The position numbers and the translations under genes are program-made. This document shows, piece after piece, positions 17,949-27,818 of a stretch of 59,253 nucleotides of DNA. Origin of the DNA: a virus (lineage: Duplodnaviria; Caudoviricetes); the IMG/VR virus record IMGVR_UViG_3300013119_000886, positions 1-59,253 of that record; one strand, 5' to 3'. Every line of letters begins with the position of its first letter. The stretch's first letter is position 1. The notes below the pieces were generated by a model that was given only the letters and a program-made list of their open reading frames with translations, did no database searches and was not told the origin of the DNA.

Positions 17949-19319
17949 CTACATTTCACTAACTCTATTTATATGTGGCTCAAATTTTAGTATTGCTATA
18001 CCTTTATCTTGACCTAACCTGTTTTTGGCTATTTCTACCTCCATTTCACGCCAATCCTTATGGTTGTTTTGTGCTAATGCTGATGAGAATACTCCTTCGT
18101 CTTCTGACAATTCAGGCTGTTTGTGAATAAGTAAAACTTGCCCGCCGCCTTCTTCTAACGCACCGCTACTTCGCAAATCCGCTATAGATGCCCTCCTGTT
18201 ACCATATTCACTTCTTCTGTTTAATTGACTAACTAACAATACTGGAAGATTAAGATTTACAGCAACTTCATTCTTTAAACTTTTCATTGACCTAGTGGTA
18301 TTTTCATAATCTGATAAGTTGTTTCCAGCTTCCATTAGTTGTGCATAGTCTGTTACTACTAAACATTCATCAGTATTGTGAGTGTGCATGAATTTTTGTG
18401 TTTGTAAGGCCATTTGTTTTGCTGTCTTGCTTTTAGTGTTTATATACAATGGCTTATTTTTAAGTTGCTCTTTGCATTCTTTAAACTGCTCTACTTGCGC
18501 TGGTGTAACATCGCCTTTTACCATATCAAGAGAAGGGATTCCAGTAATTGAACTTACCATTCTTAACATGTATTGTGTTTCTGTCATTTCGAGAAGAAAT
18601 AGTATAGTAGGATATTCCTTTTCAATAGCTTGATACCTAACTATTGCTTGCGCTAATGTAGATTTACCAACTGTTGTCCTGCCAGCAATAATAGTTATTT
18701 CACCATACACTATACCATTAGCTGTTAAATCTAGAGATGGCAAGCCTGTATATCTTCTATCACCCGGTTCTTCTCCATTTATTGCTAACTGCATATTGGT
18801 TTCTATAGTTTCTAGTGTGTTAGGTAAACTAAATTCTTTGTTATTAAAATCAAATGATAAGTTTGTTAACTGGCTAATACTTTCACTTACTATGTCATCA
18901 GTCTCATGCTCAACATTATCAGCAAGCCGCTGGATTTCTTTTCCTATATTGCTTAATTTCATCCTCTTGCTATTGTTACTGACTATACTAGCGTAGTCAG
19001 CAGCAATATCAACAGAGGCATTAGGTGTTGTGTCATGTAGCCATAATACTTTTTCGTAAGCGTCTTTCATATGCGTTACGATAGTATTAGGATAAGTTGT
19101 GTTTATATGCACTGCTATAGTGTAAGCATCAATTACCTTATTCTCTTGGTATAACGCCATTATGCTTTCGTAGATGACTTTGTTCATAGATAATGAAAAA
19201 CAACTAGCGTCATCGCCTAATATAGGTATAACAGATGGTATAACCTCAGGATTAACTAAGATTACACCTAAACAGTGCTCTTCATTAATTCGTATTTGCT
19301 CATCGTCTACTTGTTTCAT
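17949..19319 (-). CDS. dnaB: Replicative DNA helicase, DnaB family
   Basis: N-terminal EEHCLG domain, Walker A GRTTVGKS, LEMT, DYAQL, SQLNR, DLRSSGALE and IAKNR. Confidence 0.95.
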   Translation of the reverse strand: MKQVDDEQIRINEEHCLGVILVNPEVIPSVIPILGDDASCFSLSMNKVIYESIMALYQENKVIDAYTIAVHINTTYPNTIVTHMKDAYEKVLWLHDTTPNASVDIAADYASIVSNNSKRMKLSNIGKEIQRLADNVEHETDDIVSESISQLTNLSFDFNNKEFSLPNTLETIETNMQLAINGEEPGDRRYTGLPSLDLTANGIVYGEITIIAGRTTVGKSTLAQAIVRYQAIEKEYPTILFLLEMTETQYMLRMVSSITGIPSLDMVKGDVTPAQVEQFKECKEQLKNKPLYINTKSKTAKQMALQTQKFMHTHNTDECLVVTDYAQLMEAGNNLSDYENTTRSMKSLKNEVAVNLNLPVLLVSQLNRRSEYGNRRASIADLRSSGALEEGGGQVLLIHKQPELSEDEGVFSSALAQNNHKDWREMEVEIAKNRLGQDKGIAILKFEPHINRVSEM

Positions 19320-19560
19320 TGTTGCCCCCCGGTTTAGTTACAAGGCAGATAGCAATTACCTGCCTTGTAAAAGACTTAATGTGTTTTATCACTTATTGTT
19401 ACTTTTGTATTGTAGTGTTTGGCAAATCTACTAGCTTTGATTTCTGCTTCTATATCTGTTGTTTGGCGTTGCGGAATAATACTAACTTCGTTTTTGGTAT
19501 TGGTGATTTTTATATCATAATCTTCATCACACTTCTTGATTAGTTCTACTTTATAACGTT

Positions 19561-19737
19561 TCATTTTATATCTCCTTTTTGCTTGATAAACGCAGCGCAC
19601 TGCTTACAAAAATTCCACCCTAGAGGATTATCAGCACCGCATTTATAACAGATATTTAGTTTAGGATTTGTTTGTTTGAGACGCATACCATACTTCCAGT
19701 TTGCTATTTGTACTTCTTTTGCCGTGCGATATTTCAT
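19561..19737 (-). CDS. Small zinc-ribbon protein (not in ORF track)
   Basis: MKYRTAKEV...CYKCGADNPLGWNFCKQC; 58 aa. Confidence 0.6.
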   Translation of the reverse strand: MKYRTAKEVQIANWKYGMRLKQTNPKLNICYKCGADNPLGWNFCKQCAAFIKQKGDIK

Positions 19738-19904
19738 TAGAACACCACCTACGTTATTTTAATTGTAACTATCCATCCTAGAAATGCTAATGTTATTCTT
19801 CTTGCCATGCAAATACTATAACTAAATCGATTTTTCTGCTGCTTGTAACAACAGAAAGTAAGTTTGCCTATTTTCTTGTATACAAACATTGTTTAATTCT
19901 CCTT

Positions 19905-20291
19905 TCACACTGTAATGTAATTGGTTTCATAGCTACTGCCATTTAAAAAATATTCCACCTCGTAATGGTGTTCCTTGCAATTACTGCCCCAGAAATTCAG
20001 CACAAAGTCCATAGTGCCATTGCAAAACCCGTGTTCTGCATAATATTCTTCCACAAATTCTTCACATAAAAACATTACTGCATCAGGGATTGCTTCGAGT
20101 TTTGCACGTATGACAGTAGGATATTTGTCATGTGAATAATTGATTGAATTAAGATATATTTCTATTTCCGTTAGGGAGTTAAACGGGCCCATTACGTTTT
20201 GCTTTTTGGATAGTTGTGGAATATCATGGATAATCTCTAAACTTCCATTTGTCTTATTTAGTTTCAAATACATCTTGCTCTTGTATCCCAT
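19905..20291 (-). CDS. Hypothetical protein
   Basis: GGAGG SD; 128 aa. Confidence 0.6.
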   Translation of the reverse strand: MGYKSKMYLKLNKTNGSLEIIHDIPQLSKKQNVMGPFNSLTEIEIYLNSINYSHDKYPTVIRAKLEAIPDAVMFLCEEFVEEYYAEHGFCNGTMDFVLNFWGSNCKEHHYEVEYFLNGSSYETNYITV

Positions 20292-20410
20292 TTTGAACCT
20301 CCATCAGGTGTGGTAATTGGCGCATAAAGCAGGGTGAAATAGATTTTAGGTATCATGGGTATCAAGTATTATTTCACCCGCCTTATTTTGGCAATAAGAG
20401 GGCTTGCGTT

Positions 20411-20653
20411 TTAAATAGAGAACAAGTTACCGTTAAAAGTATCTCTTATTGTTACTAGCCTTTTCAACAAATTGAATATTTGCTTATCATTCAGAATTTG
20501 CCATACAAAATCACTACCCATTATTTCATCATCTACTTTTGCTTTTTCAACAGATGCTTCTTCTTCTGTCATTAACTTAAACTCTATGTATTCATGTGAA
20601 AATTCGTCAATGAGTGCGTAAATGTTCTTTTCTGGTTTTGTTGGCTCGTTCAT
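20411..20653 (-). CDS. Hypothetical protein
   Basis: AAGGA SD; 80 aa. Confidence 0.6.
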   Translation of the reverse strand: MNEPTKPEKNIYALIDEFSHEYIEFKLMTEEEASVEKAKVDDEIMGSDFVWQILNDKQIFNLLKRLVTIRDTFNGNLFSI

Positions 20654-20760
20654 TATTATTTTCCTTTACTGAGTATTTAGTATTGCTTCTATTAAAATAT
20701 CCATTGTTTCTGGATAACCGAATAGTTCTACTAACAAGTTGCGGTAGACATTATAGACTC

Positions 20761-22527
20761 CTAGTAATCAATCTCATTGATGAGTGGTGACGGACTGTCA
20801 AACTGCATATGAAAAGCACTGCTAATATTAACTTTGTTTCTTGCTCTAGTAATAGCTACGTAAAGCAGCCTTCTCTCTTCTTCTTTGTTGCTAGTCCTAA
20901 AATGAGGTAGTAGGTTTTTAGTAACACCTGCTACAAATACTGTGTCAGCTTCCAATCCTTTGCTTCTATGAATAGTACCAATAGTTATCCCCTCATCTTG
21001 TACTGTGCCAGTTGTACAGTTATCTAAGAACTCAGGGATAGTATCATATTGCTTGGATAACCGTTCTAGTGAATCCAAGTTCTCATAAATATCAAGTTCG
21101 TTATCAGTGTCACCATTCAACTTTTCTTTTTGTAACCACTTATCATAACCTATGCCTTCTCTTACATAAGCAATAACAGATGCCGGAGCTGTCAAACACT
21201 GGATAACACTTAAGTGCTTGAGTAGCTGTGATTGATTTTTACTCCAGTATCCAAGTTCTCTGCCATTAGCAGTGACAAAGCGTGATGATAGCATTTCATT
21301 TACTGATGTGTTATCTAATTTGCTTTCGCATTCTGATAACCACTTATTACCAAAGTATCTATTAGGCTTATTAAATATTCTTAGAAAACTTTCTTTATCA
21401 TTTTGCCTATGAGCTAAACTGACATAAGAAAGTATATCTATTATTTCACTAAAGTCAAAGAAACTTTTTCCTCCTAATACTTGATATTGAATACTAGCAC
21501 GCCTTAATGCCATTTCAATATTCAACGCATACCAATTAGTGCGATAGAGGACAAAAGTATTATTATCAAGTATATTAGCTGCAATATGTTCAGCTTCATC
21601 ATCTAGGCTGTCAAAGTGGTTGCAGTATTTAACACCATTACCATTTAGAGACGATTTACCTGTACCTTTCATTTCCAAACTTTTCCACTTGCTATTTTTG
21701 ATTAGGGAATTAGCGCTAGCAATAATAGCATCAGTAGAACGATAATTAGTTTCTAAATCAATAATCTTAATATCTGGATAACGAAGATTAATATTAACTA
21801 TCAATTCTGGACTAGCACATCTAAACTCAAAAATACATTGCTCAACGCTGGAAATTAGAAATAAGTTTCCTTGTTCTAATAACTCTATTGTTCTATGTTG
21901 AGCGACACTAGTATCATGTGCCTCATCTACTAGTATCCACTTTTTACCATATTGTTTTTGTAAACTAGGATTCTCTTCTAATAATTTATTAACCATTGGA
22001 GCAAAGTCATCAAAATCAATTAACTTCTGTTTGCTCTTTTCACTTTCGTAAATGTCCCATACTTCATCTAAATCTTTATGACCTGTAGTATCTTTTTCTA
22101 ACCCTTTAGCTCTACCAATAGCAAGCGCAACTGTTCCTGTGTCAACATCGGAATCTGTTAATCCTGACTGTTCTATTGCTTGTTTCAATGCAATTTTTCT
22201 TTTAGTATTTGACATAACTGTGAATGGACTTAATTTCCGATTATATTTCCATAACTCTTTTTGCAATATTGCTAATTGGTAACTATGAATAGTTCTAAAA
22301 TCAACTTCATCAGCAGTATCACCAGCTCTTTTCTTCATTTCATTAGCAGCATCTTTGGTAAAGGTTAAACAAAGAATACTATTAGGGTCTTCACCATCTT
22401 GTACTAGCTGTTTAACTCTTTCAACTAGGGTCACCGTTTTTCCACTGCCAGCCCCGGCCCTAATTGAATACCTGCCCTCTTTTAGATTTACTATTGCTGT
22501 TTGTCTTTCATCAAGCTCTATATTCAT
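20761..22527 (-). CDS. UvrD/PcrA-like SF1 helicase
   Basis: AGAGSGKT, LTFT, LVDEAHD, NYRS, VLYRTN, TIHRSKGLE and EERRLLYVAITRAR. Confidence 0.95.
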   Translation of the reverse strand: MNIELDERQTAIVNLKEGRYSIRAGAGSGKTVTLVERVKQLVQDGEDPNSILCLTFTKDAANEMKKRAGDTADEVDFRTIHSYQLAILQKELWKYNRKLSPFTVMSNTKRKIALKQAIEQSGLTDSDVDTGTVALAIGRAKGLEKDTTGHKDLDEVWDIYESEKSKQKLIDFDDFAPMVNKLLEENPSLQKQYGKKWILVDEAHDTSVAQHRTIELLEQGNLFLISSVEQCIFEFRCASPELIVNINLRYPDIKIIDLETNYRSTDAIIASANSLIKNSKWKSLEMKGTGKSSLNGNGVKYCNHFDSLDDEAEHIAANILDNNTFVLYRTNWYALNIEMALRRASIQYQVLGGKSFFDFSEIIDILSYVSLAHRQNDKESFLRIFNKPNRYFGNKWLSECESKLDNTSVNEMLSSRFVTANGRELGYWSKNQSQLLKHLSVIQCLTAPASVIAYVREGIGYDKWLQKEKLNGDTDNELDIYENLDSLERLSKQYDTIPEFLDNCTTGTVQDEGITIGTIHRSKGLEADTVFVAGVTKNLLPHFRTSNKEEERRLLYVAITRARNKVNISSAFHMQFDSPSPLINEIDY

Positions 22528-22862
22528 TATTTGTCCTCCACTTGTTCAGCTTTATCATAATCATCAAGTGAGTAATACTCACCATCTAGTGGATTGTAAT
22601 GAAGGTTTTGGTCAGCATAATTATTGCAGTGTTCATTATAGGCACATTCATCAATTTGCTTTAAAACCCATGATACTGAATACTCTATACCCATAATGTT
22701 CACTGGCTCTTCAAATTCAAGTAACTTCTCAAACTCACCTTCTATATCTACTGGTGAAAACTCTTCTTCAAGTATTTGGTCTACTGTCCTATTCATTGTT
22801 TTCTCCATTGTTATTATTTGATACCTTCCCCCTTTTAACTCCTTTATAGGTAAAGTATCCAA
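22527..22862 (-). CDS. Hypothetical protein
   Basis: Acidic ORF coupled to the helicase; true start may be internal. Confidence 0.55.
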   Translation of the reverse strand: MDTLPIKELKGGRYQIITMEKTMNRTVDQILEEEFSPVDIEGEFEKLLEFEEPVNIMGIEYSVSWVLKQIDECAYNEHCNNYADQNLHYNPLDGEYYSLDDYDKAEQVEDK

Positions 22863-23090
22863 CCACTACACTATCAATATAAATATAAATAGTGTAATGG
22901 TTACAAGGGTATTTGAGAGTAATAAAAACTCAATATTCTATAATAAAGATAATTGTCTACTACTATATTGCTTATATTGGCTTTATAGGTTCATGAGCAC
23001 CATATATAACTTTATCTCTGTACCACCAAGCACATTCATGTTGAAGGCAAGGCTTGTCATTTATTGGGCAAATCACTTAATCACTTCCCT

Positions 23091-23591
23091 TTACTGTTCT
23101 TTTAATTTATTTATTATTGTTTCCATCTGTGATATAAAGTTATCACCAAATGATGAAGCGTCAAAAGTCTTGAGTTTGGATAGTAGCATCTGTTTGCTTA
23201 ATGGTCTATCATGATTCGTGAATCTTATATCTGCTATTGTAGTTATAACATCAAGCATATTCATTGAAGGGCGCAACTCATTACACCATTTGGACAAAAG
23301 TGATAAGGTAATACAGTTATTATTTTCATCGTCAACCCACTCGTCTTTTGACAATTCTACTGTTTGTATAATTCTGTCTAAGTTTATACTGTCTACTGGT
23401 ACTGTTACTCTTATGCTATCAAGTGATGTAATCTGGATTACTATTTCAGTGTATCCATCTACAGGTGTTGTAGTATAAACGTCGTTGATTACCTTGTTAC
23501 GTAAGTCTATGTTAATGTTGCCTTTCATTGTTTTCTCCTTTACTTTTATGAAATCATCAGCTTCGCTTTTTCCCCATCTGCTAAAGTCCAT
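23091..23591 (-). CDS. Hypothetical protein
   Basis: Co-oriented 166 aa ORF. Confidence 0.55.
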   Translation of the reverse strand: MDFSRWGKSEADDFIKVKEKTMKGNINIDLRNKVINDVYTTTPVDGYTEIVIQITSLDSIRVTVPVDSINLDRIIQTVELSKDEWVDDENNNCITLSLLSKWCNELRPSMNMLDVITTIADIRFTNHDRPLSKQMLLSKLKTFDASSFGDNFISQMETIINKLKEQ

Positions 23592-23601
23592 TTATTCATA
23601 T

Positions 23602-24009
23602 CTAGTCCTCATTTTCTAACATAATAGTTATTACAGGGTCTAGATTGTCACCAGGGCCACAATTAACTTTCATGCGATGTACTCTGCTGTCGATTTCTAC
23701 TTCAAACATCATAGTGGATTCATCAATTTCTTTTACATGATAGTGAATAGACATCCAAAGTATATCCCAAAGTATACCTTTGTAATCACTAAGTGTTTGA
23801 GTGTTTTCATCTGCGGCAGTTATCAGGTTGTCTACTGTATTAGTAATAGCTACTGGATACTTATATCCAGCTTCCTCTCCCATTTCACCAACATCTACTA
23901 GTACACCATCATTGATTGCGTCTGCTCTAGAATAAGTATATATCACTTCAAAATCTTCATCTTCTTCGGTGGCATATATTATATCTAGTTCCATGTCATC
24001 ATCGTACAT
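23602..24009 (-). CDS. Conserved mobile-element protein (DUF6573-like)
   Basis: IYTYSRADAINDGVLVDV...YPVAIT...LWDILW...GPGD...PVITIM. Confidence 0.65.
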   Translation of the reverse strand: MYDDDMELDIIYATEEDEDFEVIYTYSRADAINDGVLVDVGEMGEEAGYKYPVAITNTVDNLITAADENTQTLSDYKGILWDILWMSIHYHVKEIDESTMMFEVEIDSRVHRMKVNCGPGDNLDPVITIMLENED

Positions 24010-24033
24010 TTTGATAACCTCCTAAATATAAAA

Positions 24034-24076
24034 CAATCACTTGCACTAGTGATAATGTAAAAGTACAAGTGATTGC
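24034..24076 (-). terminator. Intrinsic terminator-like hairpin
   Basis: GCAATCACTTGTACT/AGTGCAAGTGATTGT followed by TTTAT. Confidence 0.6.
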
Positions 24077-24091
24077 AGTTAGGTTGATAGT

Positions 24092-24643
24092 TTAGAATGG
24101 TGGTGGTTCTGTATCTATATCAGCTTCTACCATCGCTTCTTCCATTAAATCACTGACAGGCTGATAGTTGCCCACACGATTGCTTTCTTTACCTTGATAG
24201 ATGTTTATCCCAATAGAACCAGCAATAGTGATTAGTTCTAGTGCTGACAACTTTTCTGCCCAACTTTCTACTACTATAGATTGATCTTCATTGGGTTCTG
24301 GGTCGTATTCTTCACTTACTTCTTCTTTACTTGTCAATCCCGTTGCTGCCCACACCATCTGACCTAGTGGCTTAATAGTAAATTCCTCATTTAGGTCACC
24401 ATTGTTTTTATACGGGTTGTAGAACATCGCAATATCACTTCCACTTACAGCTTCAGCAACAACAGTACCATCAATGAGATTGATTTTAGCAATAGGTTTG
24501 AATCTTACGATAATATTATCAGTCTGCTTATTATCATTATGATAGTAACTTATTTTCTTGATTCTCATGACGTAATCGCCTTTAGGGTAAATTGTTCTTT
24601 CGTCTGGTGCTACTGTATCTTTGTTTAGGTTTGCAAAAAACAT
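24092..24643 (-). CDS. Putative ssDNA-binding protein (DUF669-like)
   Basis: PKGDYVMRI start, YQGKESNRV and acidic tail ending PPF; follows the nuclease/annealase genes. Confidence 0.6.
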   Translation of the reverse strand: MFFANLNKDTVAPDERTIYPKGDYVMRIKKISYYHNDNKQTDNIIVRFKPIAKINLIDGTVVAEAVSGSDIAMFYNPYKNNGDLNEEFTIKPLGQMVWAATGLTSKEEVSEEYDPEPNEDQSIVVESWAEKLSALELITIAGSIGINIYQGKESNRVGNYQPVSDLMEEAMVEADIDTEPPPF

Positions 24644-24823
24644 AATGAAACCTCCGAAGTAGATATTTATCTACTTAATTGTTTTGTGTGGTGGCAACTT
24701 CTCCCACTATGCCTGGTGGTTGCACTTATTTAAAGTGTAGGCAACCAGTACACTAGGGAATTAAGAATCTTAGTTCTGGATAGACACTTCTAATGACTTC
24801 TCTATTGTCTGCGCTATCCAACA

Positions 24824-25072
24824 CTACTCTGGCATCCATTTAAACAATGATAACGCTTCTGAGCAGCTAGTTGCAATTACATGGTAACAGTAGCTACACT
24901 CATAATGAATTACGTCACTATCTCTTTCATACCTGGCATGCTCTTTAGTTGTTTTGTCATCATTTACACTGAAGTAATTCTCGCTTGTTTCTAATTTAAT
25001 TTCAATCATAGAAGAGCACCATTGCTGGCACTCTTCGCAAAAGTATTGTCTCATAGTTTTTCTCCTAACCAT
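24824..25072 (-). CDS. Small Zn-finger hypothetical protein
   Basis: CEEC and CSYC. Confidence 0.55.
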   Translation of the reverse strand: MVRRKTMRQYFCEECQQWCSSMIEIKLETSENYFSVNDDKTTKEHARYERDSDVIHYECSYCYHVIATSCSEALSLFKWMPE

Positions 25073-25805
25073 CTAAATTGAGAGTTTTGTAGGCTTTAGG
25101 CCTGGAGACTAGTACCAAACCCATTCTTCTAGCTAAATCTACATCTTCTACTTCATCTAGAGTGACACCAAACTTTTCTTGGCAATAAGTATCAAATACT
25201 TCTGGGTCAATCTTATACTGTGCGAGCTTATGTTGTGCTGTTACTCTTACAGTTACCAATTCTTGCTTTTCTTGTTCAGCGATATAACTCAACAACAAGG
25301 TTCTAACAAGGCTATATGGCAGCACTTTTTTAAGTGCGTTTCTGCCTGCTTTAGTAACTGCTTTAGCTAAAGCGTAATTATCTTCTCCACCATTACCTAG
25401 TCGCTTTGGTTGTTGTGCAGCACCCTCAAATGTAATATCTCGCTTTTTATCTTCTGCACTAGCTACTACCTCATAATCAGGGGAATTTTCATTGCTTACT
25501 ATCTCACTAGTTACCTTAATCCCACCATACATTTGAGCTACTTCAAAGATTCCAGTTGCATTAAGGTCAACTACTTCATTTCCACCGTGATTAAATCTGT
25601 AAAAGTAGTGCCCAATTATTTCACCACTCATCGCTTTAATTATTTCACTGTCAGCGATTCTTTCAGCTATTTGAAACTCTTCATCAGTGGATGGTAGTTT
25701 GTATAACTTACCTTCTATTTCTGCTAGTTTTACGTTATCAGCAACTTTCTTCTGATACTCTTGTTCGCTGATAACTTCTTGGTTTTCAGACAAATTAACC
25801 TCCAT
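25065..25805 (-). CDS. Putative single-strand annealing/recombination protein
   Basis: Lies between the exonuclease and the SSB; ALAKAVTKAGRNAL helix resembles Rad52/ERF-like annealases. Confidence 0.45.
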   Translation of the reverse strand: MEVNLSENQEVISEQEYQKKVADNVKLAEIEGKLYKLPSTDEEFQIAERIADSEIIKAMSGEIIGHYFYRFNHGGNEVVDLNATGIFEVAQMYGGIKVTSEIVSNENSPDYEVVASAEDKKRDITFEGAAQQPKRLGNGGEDNYALAKAVTKAGRNALKKVLPYSLVRTLLLSYIAEQEKQELVTVRVTAQHKLAQYKIDPEVFDTYCQEKFGVTLDEVEDVDLARRMGLVLVSRPKAYKTLNLDG

Positions 25806-25822
25806 CTAACTTTATTTGCGAT

Positions 25823-25903
25823 TACTCGCTATCACTAGTATAACTATTATAATTACACTAGTGATTTCGTCTTCTATCGCTGAGAAGACTCATCAGGCTA
25901 GTA
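25823..25903 (-). ncRNA. Hammerhead ribozyme, type I (canonical core)
   Basis: TACTAGC-CTGATGA-GTCTTCT(cagcgat)AGAAGAC-GAAA-TCACTAGTGTAATTA(taa)TAGTTATACTAGTGA-TA/GCGAGTA; predicted cut 25830/25829. Confidence 0.9.
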
Positions 25904-26056
25904 CTATTTCCATAATTTCGCCTACTAAATTTTCTAAAACTCTGACCCTTTCCTCTTGTAAAGTCCTCTAATTTCGATTTTAAGGCACTAAGTTTATAAT
26001 TTAGGTATATATCTATACTATATGCTCAACTTTTCATTGTGGTTGACGTGGGGTGT

Positions 26057-26986
26057 TCAGAATGGCGATGAGAAATCTGTCCTTAACTTATCTTTTGCTT
26101 TTGCTTTTGTGATAGATTTAAGAAAACCTGAGTTTAACTCTGGGTGTGGAGATTCTCTTATACTCAGTAACTTTTCATTATACTTTCCAGTACACACATC
26201 ACCAAATTCACACCAACGCCTGTACTCATTACAGGCGTCAGGAGCTCTGTGAAAATAGTTTCTATCACGACAATAATTGATATGACTGACTATTTCACCA
26301 ATATCAGCCATTATAGAAGCGACTTCCGCTTCACTTCTAGGTATTTCAAGGAAAGTAAAATACTCAGCTAAGTTATCAGATACATGGTTACTTGCTCTTT
26401 CCCAATATTCTTGCTTGGTCTCCGGTTGCCTCTTTAATCGCTGTTGTAATCCTACTGTTTTGATATAGTTAATTAGAATACCGCCAACATCATAACCATT
26501 CTCTCTAGCCATGTGGATATACATGTTACTCTGGATAGCTTTTTCATACTTTTCTGGTTGTTTCAAATGAAATGAACTGCTTTTATGCTCTACTATCCAC
26601 AGTTTACCATTATAATCAGCTATAGCATCACATTTGCCAGCATAAATAGTGCTACCTGCTGTAACAGATAGCTCTTTCTCTATCTCTATTACTTTATCTA
26701 AAGTAGGTAGTAATTGCTGCTGTTCAGCAAAATCTTTACCTTCTAACAAAACTATAGCATGCTGTATAATGTCTTCATTGTACTCTGATTGACGTAATAC
26801 TTTGCTATAGTCTTCACCATTTAACATTGCTGCTAATCCATCATGAATTGCTTGCCCTAATAGCAGGGCGTTACTGGGTTGAAAGAACAATGGCGCTTTT
26901 TCTTTATCTGCACATAGTTCATTCTCATAGTAATAATATGCAGGGCATCTACAGTATCTTCTTAAAGCGGTACTAGTGTATATCAT
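26057..26986 (-). CDS. PD-(D/E)XK nuclease (RecB/Cas4-like)
   Basis: CRCP...GQAIH...EIEKEL...GKCDAI...IVEHKS...QSNMY...C..C...C. Confidence 0.85.
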   Translation of the reverse strand: MIYTSTALRRYCRCPAYYYYENELCADKEKAPLFFQPSNALLLGQAIHDGLAAMLNGEDYSKVLRQSEYNEDIIQHAIVLLEGKDFAEQQQLLPTLDKVIEIEKELSVTAGSTIYAGKCDAIADYNGKLWIVEHKSSSFHLKQPEKYEKAIQSNMYIHMARENGYDVGGILINYIKTVGLQQRLKRQPETKQEYWERASNHVSDNLAEYFTFLEIPRSEAEVASIMADIGEIVSHINYCRDRNYFHRAPDACNEYRRWCEFGDVCTGKYNEKLLSIRESPHPELNSGFLKSITKAKAKDKLRTDFSSPF

Positions 26987-27225
26987 AAGTCAATACCTTC
27001 ACTTTCTCTACCCTGGAGTTCGCTGTTTATTAGTTCTACAATACCTTCAAGGATAGGAATTATATCAGCTTCTTCACGCTGCATATTTTTTAATAAGTCA
27101 TCTCTAACTAATATTAACGTTTTTTTGGTGTATAATTCTATTAGCCCCAAGCTCCTATAAATATTATCTAGCATTACCCCAGCACCAAAATAGTCTCTAT
27201 TATTCTGTGCATTATTACTGGACAT
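26983..27225 (-). CDS. Hypothetical protein
   Basis: Start moved to MSSNN (GGAGG SD). Confidence 0.55.
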   Translation of the reverse strand: MSSNNAQNNRDYFGAGVMLDNIYRSLGLIELYTKKTLILVRDDLLKNMQREEADIIPILEGIVELINSELQGRESEGIDL

Positions 27226-27246
27226 ACTAACCTCCGTTATTTTATT

Positions 27247-27335
27247 ATACTGCAACTAGTTATCACTACTAATATTGCTACTAATAGCATGGATTAAGAT
27301 AACTAGTTTCTGCTTTTGGCTTTTTCAAGCAGTAT
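27247..27335 (-). ncRNA. Variant hammerhead ribozyme candidate (U3-A8 core), copy 1
   Basis: ATACTGC-TTGAAAA-A GC(caaaa)GC A-GAAA-CTAGTTATC[ttaatccat]GCTATTAGTA(gcaa)TATTAGTAGT GATAACTAG-TT/GCAGTAT. Confidence 0.7.
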
Positions 27336-27708
27336 TAACTATTATTTTTATTTTGTGAGAAACAATAGTTTTGATTTCTTTGTCTATGTTTGTAGTGTGA
27401 ATACAACTGTTAGCAATAATGTCCACTGTTGCCATTTTGCCAACTAATGCTTTATTTAGCTTTTTTGCTACTGCCTTAGCGTTTTTACCATCGAACCTGT
27501 TAGCAAATCTATCTTGGGTTATTTTCAATATTGAGCAACATGCTTTTTGTAACTGCTCAATCATCCAGTTATAATTGAGGTTGAAGGGTTGAAACAAATT
27601 ATCTGCAAAGTAAATATTAACCGTGCTTGCTGCACAACCAACGCCCTTGATTTCTAATTGTTGCTCGCCTAACTTGTAGGCAAGGAAGGTGATTTCCTTT
27701 GTTTGCAT
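27325..27708 (-). CDS. Hypothetical protein
   Basis: AGGAG SD; the stop codon lies within the ribozyme core. Confidence 0.6.
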   Translation of the reverse strand: MQTKEITFLAYKLGEQQLEIKGVGCAASTVNIYFADNLFQPFNLNYNWMIEQLQKACCSILKITQDRFANRFDGKNAKAVAKKLNKALVGKMATVDIIANSCIHTTNIDKEIKTIVSHKIKIIVNTA

Positions 27709-27818
27709 TTAATACTCCTAGCGTTTCCTTTCATGCTTAAGTTCTAACTCTCTAATTAAACGCTTACTATTGCGCTATGTTTACTATAATATATTAGATT
27801 ATAGTAACTTCCATCTAT

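Noticed and set aside
24690-24755. Pistol ribozyme (hairpin + TTAAATA linker + loop pairing)
   Set aside because: No P3 stem, no GCG and no GU cleavage junction in the right places; kept only as an unclassified structure.
27720-27810. Hairpins TTACTATAAT/ATTATAGTAA and AGCGTTT/AAACGCT as another ribozyme
   Set aside because: No catalytic core motif; AT-rich pairing could be chance or a simple processing stem.
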